64,000 nucleotides of DNA from Bacteroidota bacterium (GTDB lineage Bacteria > Bacteroidota > Ignavibacteria > UBA10030 > UBA8401), in assembly GCA_041665525.1 (NCBI GenBank), contig JBAYIS010000003.1, positions 150,129 through 214,128 on the forward strand. Reading direction: 5' to 3'. A program made the position numbers and the translations under genes. The notes under the pieces are model-generated. The model was given only the letters and a program-made list of their open reading frames with translations. It was not told the DNA's origin and did no database searches. Shown here piece after piece: positions 30,759 to 40,427 of the stretch. How positions within the stretch are numbered: position 1 is the first letter of the stretch; each line of letters begins with the position of its first letter.

Positions 30759-32035
30759 ATAGTTCGTTTCATGACTGCTGCAAAGAAGCCGTCCGTATTG
30801 TTTCGCTGCGGCAGTAATTGAAAATATTTGTTTGTGGAGAGATGTGCAAGATGATACCGTTCCAGAACGGACCCGGGAGGAATGAGCTCAAATTCCGGAT
30901 GGTCTGTCAGGAATCGTTCGACGACATCATCGTTCTCATGTTTCATCAAGGAACAGGTTGCATAGACGAGCCGTCCTCCCGGCTTTACATAGCGGGCATT
31001 CAGCGATAGGATTGAGCTCTGTTTCGCATGAAGTTCTTCGACCATCTGTTCACTCACTGTCCATTTCATGCCGGGATTCCGTCTAATGGTGCCGGTTCCT
31101 GTGCACGGTGCATCGACGAGTACAAAATCCGCCGCACCCGATAATGACTCTATCACTTCGCCTTCGTGGATAACCCTTGCACGGATGGAATCGACACCGC
31201 TCCTTCGTATTCGTTTCCGTAACTCTTCAAGCCGAAAGGAATGCGTGTCCAGAGCAAATATCTCTCCTCGGTTCTTCATCAGTGCGGCCAGTGCCAATGC
31301 TTTCCCGCCGGCACCGGCACACGCATCAATAACTTTCGAACCGGGTTTAGGATCTACCAGAAGAGCCAGCAGCTGGCTCCCTTCGTCCTGCACTTCAAAT
31401 AGTCCGTCCTTGAACGCATTTAACTGAAAAAGATTTGTCCGTCGCTTCAGATGCAATCCGGAAGGAGAATATTCACTGATGTCTGTGTCCAGTCCTTCAC
31501 TTTGCAGTTTCCGCTGACATTCTTCCCGTGTTGTTTTGATGGTATTTACACGAATGGTCATCGGTGCCTGCGTGTTTAATGCCGAACACAATGGTTCCAG
31601 CGACTCCGTCCCGAACTGTGTCAACCATTCCCTCACCATCCATTCCTGAAGGGAATACTTTACCGCTGTTGTTTCGATCAGGGAATCCGAGGCCGGTTCT
31701 ATTCCTGCCTGATGTGCAATCACCGCAACAACGTCCGACGACAGGCCCATTTCTGCAGCGAGATCTTCCAGAGTCGCCTTCTTCTCAAAAAGTAAATATG
31801 CCGCACAGAGGTAACGATGGTTGGATTCTTTCTGCACAGCTGCGAGAATCCATTCGATCCTTTTTTTATGGCGCAGCATACCGTACACAGTCTCGGCGAT
31901 GAACCGTCTGTCCTTTGAGCCGAGATATTTTCGTGCGCGGAAAAAATAATCGATGTGCCTGTCGGCTGGTTTCAACGAGACGGTGACTTCTGAATACAAT
32001 TCGAGTACATGACCGATCAATGAAGCAAGTTTCAT
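30755..32035 (-). CDS. rsmB: 16S rRNA (cytosine-C5)-methyltransferase RsmB/Sun family
   Basis: 426 aa. NusB-like N-terminus, SAM motif DACAGAGGK, catalytic DAPCTGTGTIRRNP and PGGRLVYATCS. Confidence 0.8.
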   Translation of the reverse strand: MKLASLIGHVLELYSEVTVSLKPADRHIDYFFRARKYLGSKDRRFIAETVYGMLRHKKRIEWILAAVQKESNHRYLCAAYLLFEKKATLEDLAAEMGLSSDVVAVIAHQAGIEPASDSLIETTAVKYSLQEWMVREWLTQFGTESLEPLCSALNTQAPMTIRVNTIKTTREECQRKLQSEGLDTDISEYSPSGLHLKRRTNLFQLNAFKDGLFEVQDEGSQLLALLVDPKPGSKVIDACAGAGGKALALAALMKNRGEIFALDTHSFRLEELRKRIRRSGVDSIRARVIHEGEVIESLSGAADFVLVDAPCTGTGTIRRNPGMKWTVSEQMVEELHAKQSSILSLNARYVKPGGRLVYATCSLMKHENDDVVERFLTDHPEFELIPPGSVLERYHLAHLSTNKYFQLLPQRNNTDGFFAAVMKRTM

Positions 32036-32044
32036 ATTGTTTGT

Positions 32045-32950
32045 TTAGACCTCAATAACATCTGCATTCATTTCGGAAGTACGGTAGGCACGGGCCATAC
32101 GTGGTGTGTTAAAGGCAACAAACGGTTTCCCAGAATGATCCAGCACGATGACACCGCCGAAACCATCTACTTTTTTCTTTAATCGTTCTATCCCGAACCG
32201 GGCTGCGGCTTCGCCATCTTTTCCCAGCAATTCCATTTGATCGATAATCGTCTTTGCAAGACCGACCTTGATGATTGCCTCCCCCCACCCGGAACTGGAA
32301 ACTCCACCCACACGGGAATCTGCATACGTACCGCTACCAATCAATGGTGAATCCCCGATCCGGCCCGGATATTTGTTAGGCGAGCCCCCGGTCGATGTAC
32401 CGGCAATGATATTCCCTTCCATGTCCAACGCGACAGCGCCGACAGTATCGGATGGAAGCGCCCCTTTAAATGTATCTTTTGCGGAGAATTTCTTTTGAGA
32501 TTGCAGCTGCTTCCATCGCTGCAATTCCCGGACAGTAATCAGGTCATCTTTCTTGCATGTCGGAAGACCATTTTCTTTGGCAAATCGAACCGCACCTATC
32601 CCCGAATGCAAGATATGCTCGCTTTTTTCCATAATCCTACGGGCAAGGGTTATTGGGTTTGGAATGTTCTGCACTGCTGCAACAGCACCGCACCGGAACG
32701 TTGTACCGTGCATGATACTTGCGTCTAGTTCCACTTCACCATGAGCGTTCACAAATGATCCCCTGCCGGCGTCAAAAGTTGGGTCATTTTCCAAAACCCG
32801 GATCGATTGTTCAACAGCATCAACACCGCTTCCGCCATTCGACAAGATCTTCCACCCAATCGCGAGTGCATTTGATACACCCTTTTTATGGGCATCGACC
32901 ATATCATCGGGAATATCCCAGGCACCGCCATGAATTATTAGAGAGATCAT
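32045..32950 (-). CDS. iaaA: Isoaspartyl peptidase / L-asparaginase (Ntn hydrolase)
   Basis: 301 aa. GAVALDMEGNIIAGTSTGG carries the autoproteolytic Thr nucleophile context; HGGAWD N-terminal motif. Confidence 0.8.
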   Translation of the reverse strand: MISLIIHGGAWDIPDDMVDAHKKGVSNALAIGWKILSNGGSGVDAVEQSIRVLENDPTFDAGRGSFVNAHGEVELDASIMHGTTFRCGAVAAVQNIPNPITLARRIMEKSEHILHSGIGAVRFAKENGLPTCKKDDLITVRELQRWKQLQSQKKFSAKDTFKGALPSDTVGAVALDMEGNIIAGTSTGGSPNKYPGRIGDSPLIGSGTYADSRVGGVSSSGWGEAIIKVGLAKTIIDQMELLGKDGEAAARFGIERLKKKVDGFGGVIVLDHSGKPFVAFNTPRMARAYRTSEMNADVIEV

Positions 32951-33046
32951 AGGTAAGAAGGTGATTCGTTAATCAATTTCGTAGAAATTTACTCAATAAA
33001 AATTATTCGTCCTACGGAAATATTCAATACAAATCCATTTAAAATG

Positions 33047-33080
33047 AAAAAGACGGTCGTTAGACCGTCTTTTCTGTAAC
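33047..33080 (-). terminator. Rho-independent terminator (bidirectional hairpin) downstream of the small membrane-protein gene
   Basis: aaaagacggtc-gtta-gaccgtctttt, an 8-bp GC-containing stem flanked by an A-run and a T-run. On the minus transcript it is followed by uuuuucauuuu. Confidence 0.6.
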
Positions 33081-33096
33081 AATTTCTCACTGTTCT

Positions 33097-33318
33097 TTAT
33101 TTGTTCCAAGGCAATGCTGTGAATCGATTGAGATTGGATTTGGTGATATCCTTTTCGATATCCCGCAATGCAAAAAGAATGATAACAGCGACAATAAAGA
33201 ACAATTCCTGCGGCAATGCAATAAGAGCAATCGTAAAACTGGAAATCATGACCGCAATGTTAAAAAACAAAGTGTATTTCTCTTTCTTTTTAAACTCTAC
33301 AGTATCAGAATTCTTCAT
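33097..33318 (-). CDS. Small membrane protein (73 aa), hypothetical
   Basis: This is the C-terminal 73 codons of the annotated 197-aa ORF, starting at MKNSDTVEF. It has a GGAG-like RBS (aaagggga) upstream, one or two TM helices, and a strong terminator 20 nt downstream. The longer ORF upstream overlaps the patatin gene and is unlikely to be real. Confidence 0.35.
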   Translation of the reverse strand: MKNSDTVEFKKKEKYTLFFNIAVMISSFTIALIALPQELFFIVAVIILFALRDIEKDITKSNLNRFTALPWNK

Positions 33319-33474
33319 AGCTCCCCTTTGGTTGTTTTTGATGGATGTAAAATACAGGATAATGCTTACCAGTCTGTGATGATAATCATCTGAAAGGATA
33401 TCCATACATCGGACATGGGTTACCGAAATTATCAGGCATTTTTTTTCGGAATTGCATATATTTACCCAGTGTCT

Positions 33475-36228
33475 ATGATCAATATTAATCCTCGCCATTT
33501 TCTTTTTCTTTACTGCATCGTTTTTCTTTTTTCTGCAGCGTTCGTCTTTCCTCAGGGACAGGTGATCGAACTCAATCCTCTTTTTTCGGATCGCCCGGAC
33601 GAGCAGGAATCCGTCATTAATTTCAAGCCGATCAAGCGGCCGACCATTTGCCTGGTACTGAGCGGAGGCGGATCCCGTGGTATGGCGCACCTGGGTGTGA
33701 TTAAAGAATTAGAAAAAAACAACATTCCTATCGATTACATCGTGGGTACAAGTATCGGCGGGATCATTGGCGGACTTTATGCCTCCGGTTATACCACCGA
33801 GCAGTTGGAAAATTTGATCGATACAACCGATTGGAACTACATTCTTGCTCTGACGCAGGATACAGAACGAGAACATCTCTATTTTTCCCACAAAGTTGCT
33901 GCAGACAGGAAGCAACTGACCCTGCGCTTCGACGGACTGACACCTATTCTGCCATCAGCCTTATCCAGCGGACAACGGTTGACAAATTTTATTAACCAAC
34001 TGACTCTGCAGAGTCTCTATCATCCCGTGAAGACATTCGATGATCTCAAAATCCCGTTCAGGTGTGTTTCCACAGACCTCATCTCGGGAAAGCAGATTGT
34101 TTTCAGTTCCGGAAATCTCTCCGAAGCGCTCCGTGCAAGCATTTCCATCCCGCTGCTATTTAATCCTTTAAAAAAGGATACGATGGAACTTACCGACGGA
34201 GGATTGCGGTCCAATATTCCGGTTGATGTCGCAAAGCGGCTGGGGGCGGATATTATTATCGCTGTCAATACTACCAGTCCTATGCGTAATGCAAAGCAGC
34301 TGAATAATCCCTGGGAGGTGACAGATCAGATCGTGAACATCATGGCCCAGGATGCGAACAAACGGTCATTGGACAGCGCTACCATCGTTATCACTCCGGA
34401 TCTTGGATTCTATCCTTCCACTGATTTTTCGAATCTTTCTTTTGCAGTGAAACAGGGAAAACAAGCAGCTCACGATGCAATCTCCGCGATTCGGGATACC
34501 ATTGAGAGCAGACAGCGGAACCTTTTTTTCGACAATTCCCCTTTGTCAAATTTCTCATTTGCACTGCGTACTGTCACAATGAACGAATTTCCATTCGATT
34601 CAATCACACAAAAAGAACTGCAAACGGGAGGCAAATCGAGCGTACCGAAGATCCGGGAATTATTAACGAATATCTACAATACTGGATGGTACCGGAATGT
34701 TCATGCAGCGATGACCATTGAAGGCCAGTCGGCAGATATCACGCTCATGCTCGAACCGAATCCGATCTTGCATAGCGTTAACATTACCGGGAATACCTTG
34801 ATCGATTCTACCGCATTGACCAGTTCGTTTAATTCTTTGCTAGGGTATCCAGTCAATTTCCCAAGATTGAAAACAGCCTACGAAGATTTGTTGGGCATGT
34901 ACCGGACGGACGGATATTCCCTGGCCCGCATAACATCGGAACGTTTCGATTCGACAACGGGAACTCTTTCCCTAACGATTAATGAAGGAACAATCTTTAA
35001 AATTTATCTCCGCGGAAAAGAAAAATCGCGCGATTGGGTGATCTGGCGGGAGCTTGGATTTCGCGACGGCAGTCTCTTTACCGTTGAAAAAGGAAAAACC
35101 GCGCTGACCAATCTCGATGGGACGAATCTGTTCGACCAGGTGCTGATGGATGTCGGATTCGAAGATGGACGACCGACGATTACCATTCAAATGGAAGAAA
35201 AATCAACAGAAGTTTCACGCCTTGGATTCCGGCTTGATAACGAACGGAACTTGCAGCCATCGATCGAATTTAGGAATGAGAACCTGCTTGGTACAGCGAC
35301 GGAAATCGGAGCCAGTTTTGCCGGCGGATTGCGAAACCGGTTGTATGTTGCGGATTTTCAGGCGAACAGAATCTTCAATTCCTACTTCACTTTAAATCTG
35401 GATGCGTACTATGATCTACGGGACATCTATACGTACGCAAACGATCCGAAGCATACCAACCGCAGTGCATTCGAACGGCTTCGCATCGGTGAATATCGTC
35501 AAATACTCTATGGCGTCTCTTTCCAATTGGGAAGACAAGTGGAACGATTGGGCATCTTCAATATTGAATACCGCATTGAAGCAGACGAGGCAAAATTCAT
35601 TTCCGGGAACGGTTATCAGCCCGAACAATTCACACTGCAGGCGTTCCGGATTACTTCCACCATCGATTCCCGCGACCGGTATCCGTTCGCACGGCAGGGG
35701 TCGCTGACGAACTTCTCTTGGGAGACCGCAACTTCCACTCTGAAGAATGTTGTCGGCGATGTCGGGTATTCAAAAATCTATTTTGCATATGAGACGAACA
35801 TTTCCTACGAAAACTTTACGCTTCATCCGAAGCTTATCGCCGGATTCGGCGATCAAACATTGCCGTTGACGCAGCAGTTTTCTCTGGGAGGGGAAGAATC
35901 GTTCTTTGGATTACGTGAATATGACTCGCGGGGAAGACAGATCTTTTTAACAAGTTTAGAATTCCGGACACGGTTTCCCTTCAAACTCATCTGGGATACC
36001 TACTTCCGTTTGCGGTATGATCTCGGCAATATTTGGCCGCAACGGGAGGATATCCGTATCAGAGACTTCCATCACGGCATCGGCGGTATCGTTTCGTTGG
36101 ATACACCTGCAGGTCCAATCAGTTTTTCTGTCGGGCGAAGTTTTTACGTGCGGCGGGATCTGCTGGAACAACCGCTCACGCTCGGTCCGATTGTTGCATA
36201 TTTCTCTCTCGGATATCCCATCCTTTAG
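33475..36228 (+). CDS. Patatin-like phospholipase fused to POTRA/Omp85 (bacterial surface antigen) beta-barrel domain
   Basis: Signal peptide (MININPRHFLFLYCIVFLFSAAFVFPQ). Patatin motifs GGGSRGMAHLG and GTSIGG (GxSxG), and a DGG catalytic-dyad region (LTDGGLRSN). The C-terminal roughly 450 aa is Omp85-like. The ORF is open from 33415. Confidence 0.75.
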   Translation: MININPRHFLFLYCIVFLFSAAFVFPQGQVIELNPLFSDRPDEQESVINFKPIKRPTICLVLSGGGSRGMAHLGVIKELEKNNIPIDYIVGTSIGGIIGGLYASGYTTEQLENLIDTTDWNYILALTQDTEREHLYFSHKVAADRKQLTLRFDGLTPILPSALSSGQRLTNFINQLTLQSLYHPVKTFDDLKIPFRCVSTDLISGKQIVFSSGNLSEALRASISIPLLFNPLKKDTMELTDGGLRSNIPVDVAKRLGADIIIAVNTTSPMRNAKQLNNPWEVTDQIVNIMAQDANKRSLDSATIVITPDLGFYPSTDFSNLSFAVKQGKQAAHDAISAIRDTIESRQRNLFFDNSPLSNFSFALRTVTMNEFPFDSITQKELQTGGKSSVPKIRELLTNIYNTGWYRNVHAAMTIEGQSADITLMLEPNPILHSVNITGNTLIDSTALTSSFNSLLGYPVNFPRLKTAYEDLLGMYRTDGYSLARITSERFDSTTGTLSLTINEGTIFKIYLRGKEKSRDWVIWRELGFRDGSLFTVEKGKTALTNLDGTNLFDQVLMDVGFEDGRPTITIQMEEKSTEVSRLGFRLDNERNLQPSIEFRNENLLGTATEIGASFAGGLRNRLYVADFQANRIFNSYFTLNLDAYYDLRDIYTYANDPKHTNRSAFERLRIGEYRQILYGVSFQLGRQVERLGIFNIEYRIEADEAKFISGNGYQPEQFTLQAFRITSTIDSRDRYPFARQGSLTNFSWETATSTLKNVVGDVGYSKIYFAYETNISYENFTLHPKLIAGFGDQTLPLTQQFSLGGEESFFGLREYDSRGRQIFLTSLEFRTRFPFKLIWDTYFRLRYDLGNIWPQREDIRIRDFHHGIGGIVSLDTPAGPISFSVGRSFYVRRDLLEQPLTLGPIVAYFSLGYPIL

Positions 36229-37403
36229 TCCATCTTTTCGCGGAAACGCAAAACACTTGCCGTCAACACGATCAGTCCCATTCCCAGCAGCACCAGCGCT
36301 TCGAACCACAATTGATCGAGCCCTGCCCCCTTTAGTATGATTGAACGGATTACGATCAGATAATATTTCATCGGAATAAAGTCCGACAGTATCTGCAACG
36401 GCACCGGCATATTTTCGACCGGAAAAACAAATCCGGAGATGTACATCATGGGAAGAATCACCATAAACATTCCTACCATCATCGCCTGCTGCTGAGTTTT
36501 AGCGATGGTGGAAACGAACAACCCTAATGCAAGCGAAGTCATCAAAAAGAATGCTGTCAGGATGAACAGCAGCACTACACTTCCGCGAATGGCAATGGAA
36601 AATCCGAACACCATTACCAATACGACCACGGTGCTGACGATCAGGCCAAGCAGGATAAATGGTATCAATTTACCGATGATCAATTCCACCGGACGAAGGG
36701 GCGTTACCATCAATTGCTCCAGTGTGCCGATTTCTTTTTCACGGACAATTGCCATTGCAGTAAGAATTGTCGTTGTAATGAGAAGAATCAGCACCAGCAC
36801 ACCCGGGACCATAAAGTTCCTGCTGCGCAAAGACGGATTGTACCATGCTCTTGTTTCTGCGGTGACCCCTCCAAGACGGCGCAGGTCACCGACGATCGAC
36901 ACCAGAACATTTTGCGAATAGCGGTTGATAATCTGAACAACATAACTGGAAGCAATTGCGGTCGAATTTCCCTCGCTGCCGTCCAACAACACTTGCACGT
37001 CTACTGTTTCCCTCCGCAGTATCCTATCGCCAAATTTCGGCGGGATCACTAATGCCATCGCCGCTGTACCGTTATCAAGATATGATTGGATTTCCCGGTA
37101 ATCCTCTGTGGAATATTCCAAAAAAAAGTATCCGGAATTGGTGAAGGACTCCGTGAACTTTCTGCTTTCGCTGCTTTTATCAAGATCACAAAGAACGAAC
37201 GAGATATTCTTTACATCCAGTGATGCAGCATATCCGAGAAACACCAGTTGAAGAATGGGTGCAACGAAGACGAGCGGAAGCAGCCGTTTATCCTTGAAAA
37301 ATTGGGCAAATTCTTTTTTTATCAACGCCTGAAGACGATATACTCTCATATCACACCGAATGATGTTTGAAACGTTTAACGCTGATGGCAAGGACAACGG
37401 CAA
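36225..37403 (-). CDS. ABC-2 type transporter permease
   Basis: 392 aa. Large periplasmic loop after TM1 followed by 5 C-terminal TM helices, typical of ABC-2. Confidence 0.75.
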   Translation of the reverse strand: MPLSLPSALNVSNIIRCDMRVYRLQALIKKEFAQFFKDKRLLPLVFVAPILQLVFLGYAASLDVKNISFVLCDLDKSSESRKFTESFTNSGYFFLEYSTEDYREIQSYLDNGTAAMALVIPPKFGDRILRRETVDVQVLLDGSEGNSTAIASSYVVQIINRYSQNVLVSIVGDLRRLGGVTAETRAWYNPSLRSRNFMVPGVLVLILLITTTILTAMAIVREKEIGTLEQLMVTPLRPVELIIGKLIPFILLGLIVSTVVVLVMVFGFSIAIRGSVVLLFILTAFFLMTSLALGLFVSTIAKTQQQAMMVGMFMVILPMMYISGFVFPVENMPVPLQILSDFIPMKYYLIVIRSIILKGAGLDQLWFEALVLLGMGLIVLTASVLRFREKMD

Positions 37404-38478
37404 TAAAAATGCTGAGGTAAACGATTTGTTCCCAAAATGCTCCGATCCCTACCCCTTTCAGGACGATGCCGCGCATCATGACTAAATAGAATTTTGCCGG
37501 CGTTACATTGGAAAGTATTTGCAGAAACAGCGGCATACTCTTGATTGGGAACATGAATCCGGAAAGGATCATTGTTGGCAGCATGGAGATTACCGTCGCA
37601 ATCTGAAAGGCAACCTGTTGACTGTCCGCGATTGTTGATACGAGCAATCCTTGTCCCAGAGCGGCAATAATGAACAGCAGAGTCGCAAAGAAAAGCAGGA
37701 TCAAGCTTCCCTTCACCTCTACATCAAAAAGGAAATAGGCGGAGAGCAGTACAAGCGCCGCCGCCACAAGCGATATCACCGTGTAGGGAAACATTTTTCC
37801 CAAAATAAGATTCACTGGATGGATCGGAGAAACGTCTATCTGTTCGATTGTGTTCCGTTCTTTCTCCTTGACGATTGAAAGCGCCGTTGCGATTACTCCG
37901 GTAATCGCGAGAATGAAAGCGATCAGTCCGGGAACAAGGAACTTGGCGCTTTTCATTTCAGGGTTATACCATATCCGTGCTTCGTAATTGACGGGAATAA
38001 AGCTTTTCCTTCCGATCTTGGCGAGATTTTGCAGAACGATTTTTTGTGAAAACTGTTGAGTCACAGCCTGAGCATACCCAATAATAGTCGTTGCCGCATT
38101 GGCATCCATGCCGTCCACCAGCAATTGAATGCTGGCCTGTCGGCCCGAAAGAATCTGCTGCGAAAAATCCGGAGGAATGACAAGCACCAGTTTCACCGTC
38201 CCGTCATCGATCAACGACTGCGCCCGGGAATAATCAGTCAGGTATTCCGTGTATTCGAAATAACCCGCCGTCACGAAACTATTGACGAGTTCTCTGCTTT
38301 GCGAACTTTTTTCCGCATCATACACCGCCATGGTAATATTCCGTACATCGAAGTTCAATGCATACCCATTCAACAGCAGGAGGACAGCAGGCACAAGCGT
38401 GAGAATCGCCAGCACTTTGCGGTCGCGGCGGATTTGGCGGAATTCCTTTTTGATGATCGGCAGCAGTTGTCGGAACAT
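37351..38478 (-). CDS. ABC-2 type transporter permease
   Basis: Paralog of the downstream permease. Likely start at MFRQLLPIIKKEFRQIRRD, abutting the ATPase stop. Confidence 0.75.
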   Translation of the reverse strand: MFRQLLPIIKKEFRQIRRDRKVLAILTLVPAVLLLLNGYALNFDVRNITMAVYDAEKSSQSRELVNSFVTAGYFEYTEYLTDYSRAQSLIDDGTVKLVLVIPPDFSQQILSGRQASIQLLVDGMDANAATTIIGYAQAVTQQFSQKIVLQNLAKIGRKSFIPVNYEARIWYNPEMKSAKFLVPGLIAFILAITGVIATALSIVKEKERNTIEQIDVSPIHPVNLILGKMFPYTVISLVAAALVLLSAYFLFDVEVKGSLILLFFATLLFIIAALGQGLLVSTIADSQQVAFQIATVISMLPTMILSGFMFPIKSMPLFLQILSNVTPAKFYLVMMRGIVLKGVGIGAFWEQIVYLSIFIAVVLAISVKRFKHHSV

Positions 38479-38479
38479 A

Positions 38480-39412
38480 TTAACTTTTCCCCTCCCGTTG
38501 TTCCAGCAGATAGATGAAGACATCCTCCAGGGACGGGGTGATCCGGTCGATGGAGAGAACATCGATCCGGCTGCCCGAAAGCAATAAACGGATTTGTTCT
38601 TTCGCTTTCGATTCATTCTCCACATTCACATGGATACTGTTGCCAAAAATGGAGGTCTCCACCGCCCATGGCTGACCTTCGATCAGTTCAAGCGCGTCCA
38701 CCACGTTCGTGCATTGCACTTCCAGAATCGGGTGTTTGATATAATTCTGTTTTAGTGCTTTCGGACTTCCGCCGGCAATGATTTTTCCTGCATTGATAAG
38801 AATGATGTCGTTGCAGTACTCCGCCTCTTCCAGGAAGTGCGTTGTTACCAGTACCGTTACTCCTTCAGCGGATAAGTCGTTGATCAGTTCCCAGAATTTC
38901 CTTCGCATCACAGGATCGACGCCGCTTGTCGGTTCATCCAAAAACACGATCCTCGGACGGTGCAGCACTGCACATCCGAGCGCAAGACGCTGCTTCCATC
39001 CGCCGCTCAGCGTTTTCGTTATACTCTCTTCCCTGCCGTGCAAATTGGCAATGTCCAAAACCCACTCCTTTCGTTCCCGAAGTCCGCTGTTGGACAATCC
39101 GTACACCTTCCCAAAGAAATCAATGTTCTCCCGAACAGTCAGATCTTCGTACAACGAAAATTTTTGCGACATGTATCCGATGGATTCTTTCACTTTGTGC
39201 GGATCAGAATTGATGTCATATCCGCCGACACGGGCGCTTCCTTCCGTCGACGACAGTAATCCGCACAACATGCGGATGGTGGTCGACTTCCCCGCTCCGT
39301 TGGCGCCGAGAAAACCAAAGATCTCACCCTGCTTTACTTCGAAATTGATGTGATCGACAGCAGTGAAATCGCCGAATCGTTTCGTAAGATTCTCTACTTC
39401 GATGGTGTTCAT
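38480..39412 (-). CDS. ABC transporter ATP-binding protein
   Basis: Walker A GANGAGKST, signature LSGGWKQR, Walker B VFLDEPTSGVD. Confidence 0.85.
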   Translation of the reverse strand: MNTIEVENLTKRFGDFTAVDHINFEVKQGEIFGFLGANGAGKSTTIRMLCGLLSSTEGSARVGGYDINSDPHKVKESIGYMSQKFSLYEDLTVRENIDFFGKVYGLSNSGLRERKEWVLDIANLHGREESITKTLSGGWKQRLALGCAVLHRPRIVFLDEPTSGVDPVMRRKFWELINDLSAEGVTVLVTTHFLEEAEYCNDIILINAGKIIAGGSPKALKQNYIKHPILEVQCTNVVDALELIEGQPWAVETSIFGNSIHVNVENESKAKEQIRLLLSGSRIDVLSIDRITPSLEDVFIYLLEQREGKS

Positions 39413-40347
39413 GAGGCATTCCGCACGGTCAATAAAGAGATAAAAACGTTTTCCAATGACGGTTTTACCGCCCGCCAGTCGGCAACTTCGATCGCGTTCT
39501 CCGCCAAATGCTGCAGCACCGCTTGCATATCCTGCGAGGCGGAGTTCACGACGATATTCAATCGGTCGCCGAATGCTTGCACTTCCTGCACCAGCGATAA
39601 ATGTTTCATTAACGAAAACGCCCTGCGGATATCCGAACAGACTATTTCAACAATTTCTCCACGCATCACTTTTTTTAGGTTTGCCGGAGAATCGGTCATC
39701 AGAATCGTGCCATTATCCATCAATGCGACTCTGCTGCAGCGTTCTGCTTCATCCAGATACGGTGTTGTCATAACAATCGTGATGCCGGTTTTCAAGAGTG
39801 CAGAAAGAACCTTCCAGAAATCACGCCGGGATACCGGATCGACACCGGTGGTCGGTTCGTCAAGAAAAATAATCTCCGGTGTGTGAATGAGTGTACAGGC
39901 AAGAGCAAGTTTCTGTTTCATCCCACCGGAAAGCTTCTCCGCAAGGCGATCCCGGAACTTCGTTAACCGTGTGAATTCCAACAGTTCATTCCGCCGATCC
40001 GTATAGTTATATACCCCGTGGATCTCAGCAAAGAATTCGATATTCTCATCGATGGTCAAGTCGCCGTACAGCGAAAACCGCTGGGATAGGTAGCCGATCC
40101 GTTTTTTCACATCATCTTTTTCTTTCGATACATCGAATCCAAGGACTTTCACGTCACCGCTTGTTGGTCGGACAATGCCGCAAAGCATGCGAATGGTCGT
40201 CGTCTTTCCTGACCCGTCCGGACCGACAAGGGCAAACATTTCTCCGCGCCCGACAGTTAACGAAAGATCGTTTACCGCAGTGATCGCATCGAACTTCTTT
40301 ATTACATTTTTAAGTTCCAGCGCTGGCATGATGTATTCTGAATTCAC
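39409..40347 (-). CDS. ABC transporter ATP-binding protein
   Basis: Walker A GPDGSGKTT, signature LSGGMKQK, Walker B IFLDEPTTGVD. Confidence 0.85.
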   Translation of the reverse strand: MNSEYIMPALELKNVIKKFDAITAVNDLSLTVGRGEMFALVGPDGSGKTTTIRMLCGIVRPTSGDVKVLGFDVSKEKDDVKKRIGYLSQRFSLYGDLTIDENIEFFAEIHGVYNYTDRRNELLEFTRLTKFRDRLAEKLSGGMKQKLALACTLIHTPEIIFLDEPTTGVDPVSRRDFWKVLSALLKTGITIVMTTPYLDEAERCSRVALMDNGTILMTDSPANLKKVMRGEIVEIVCSDIRRAFSLMKHLSLVQEVQAFGDRLNIVVNSASQDMQAVLQHLAENAIEVADWRAVKPSLENVFISLLTVRNAS

Positions 40348-40427
40348 TTATACTTGTATTGTTTCCAATAACACATTATGGATATTTCGTTGCCTGGAAA
40401 TAACGGCAAACGTGAGTGATCATAATT

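Noticed and set aside
33319-33690. Upstream two-thirds of the 197-aa minus-strand ORF 33097-33690
   Set aside because: It overlaps the 5' end of the divergent patatin-Omp85 gene. Only the C-terminal 73 codons have start and terminator support.
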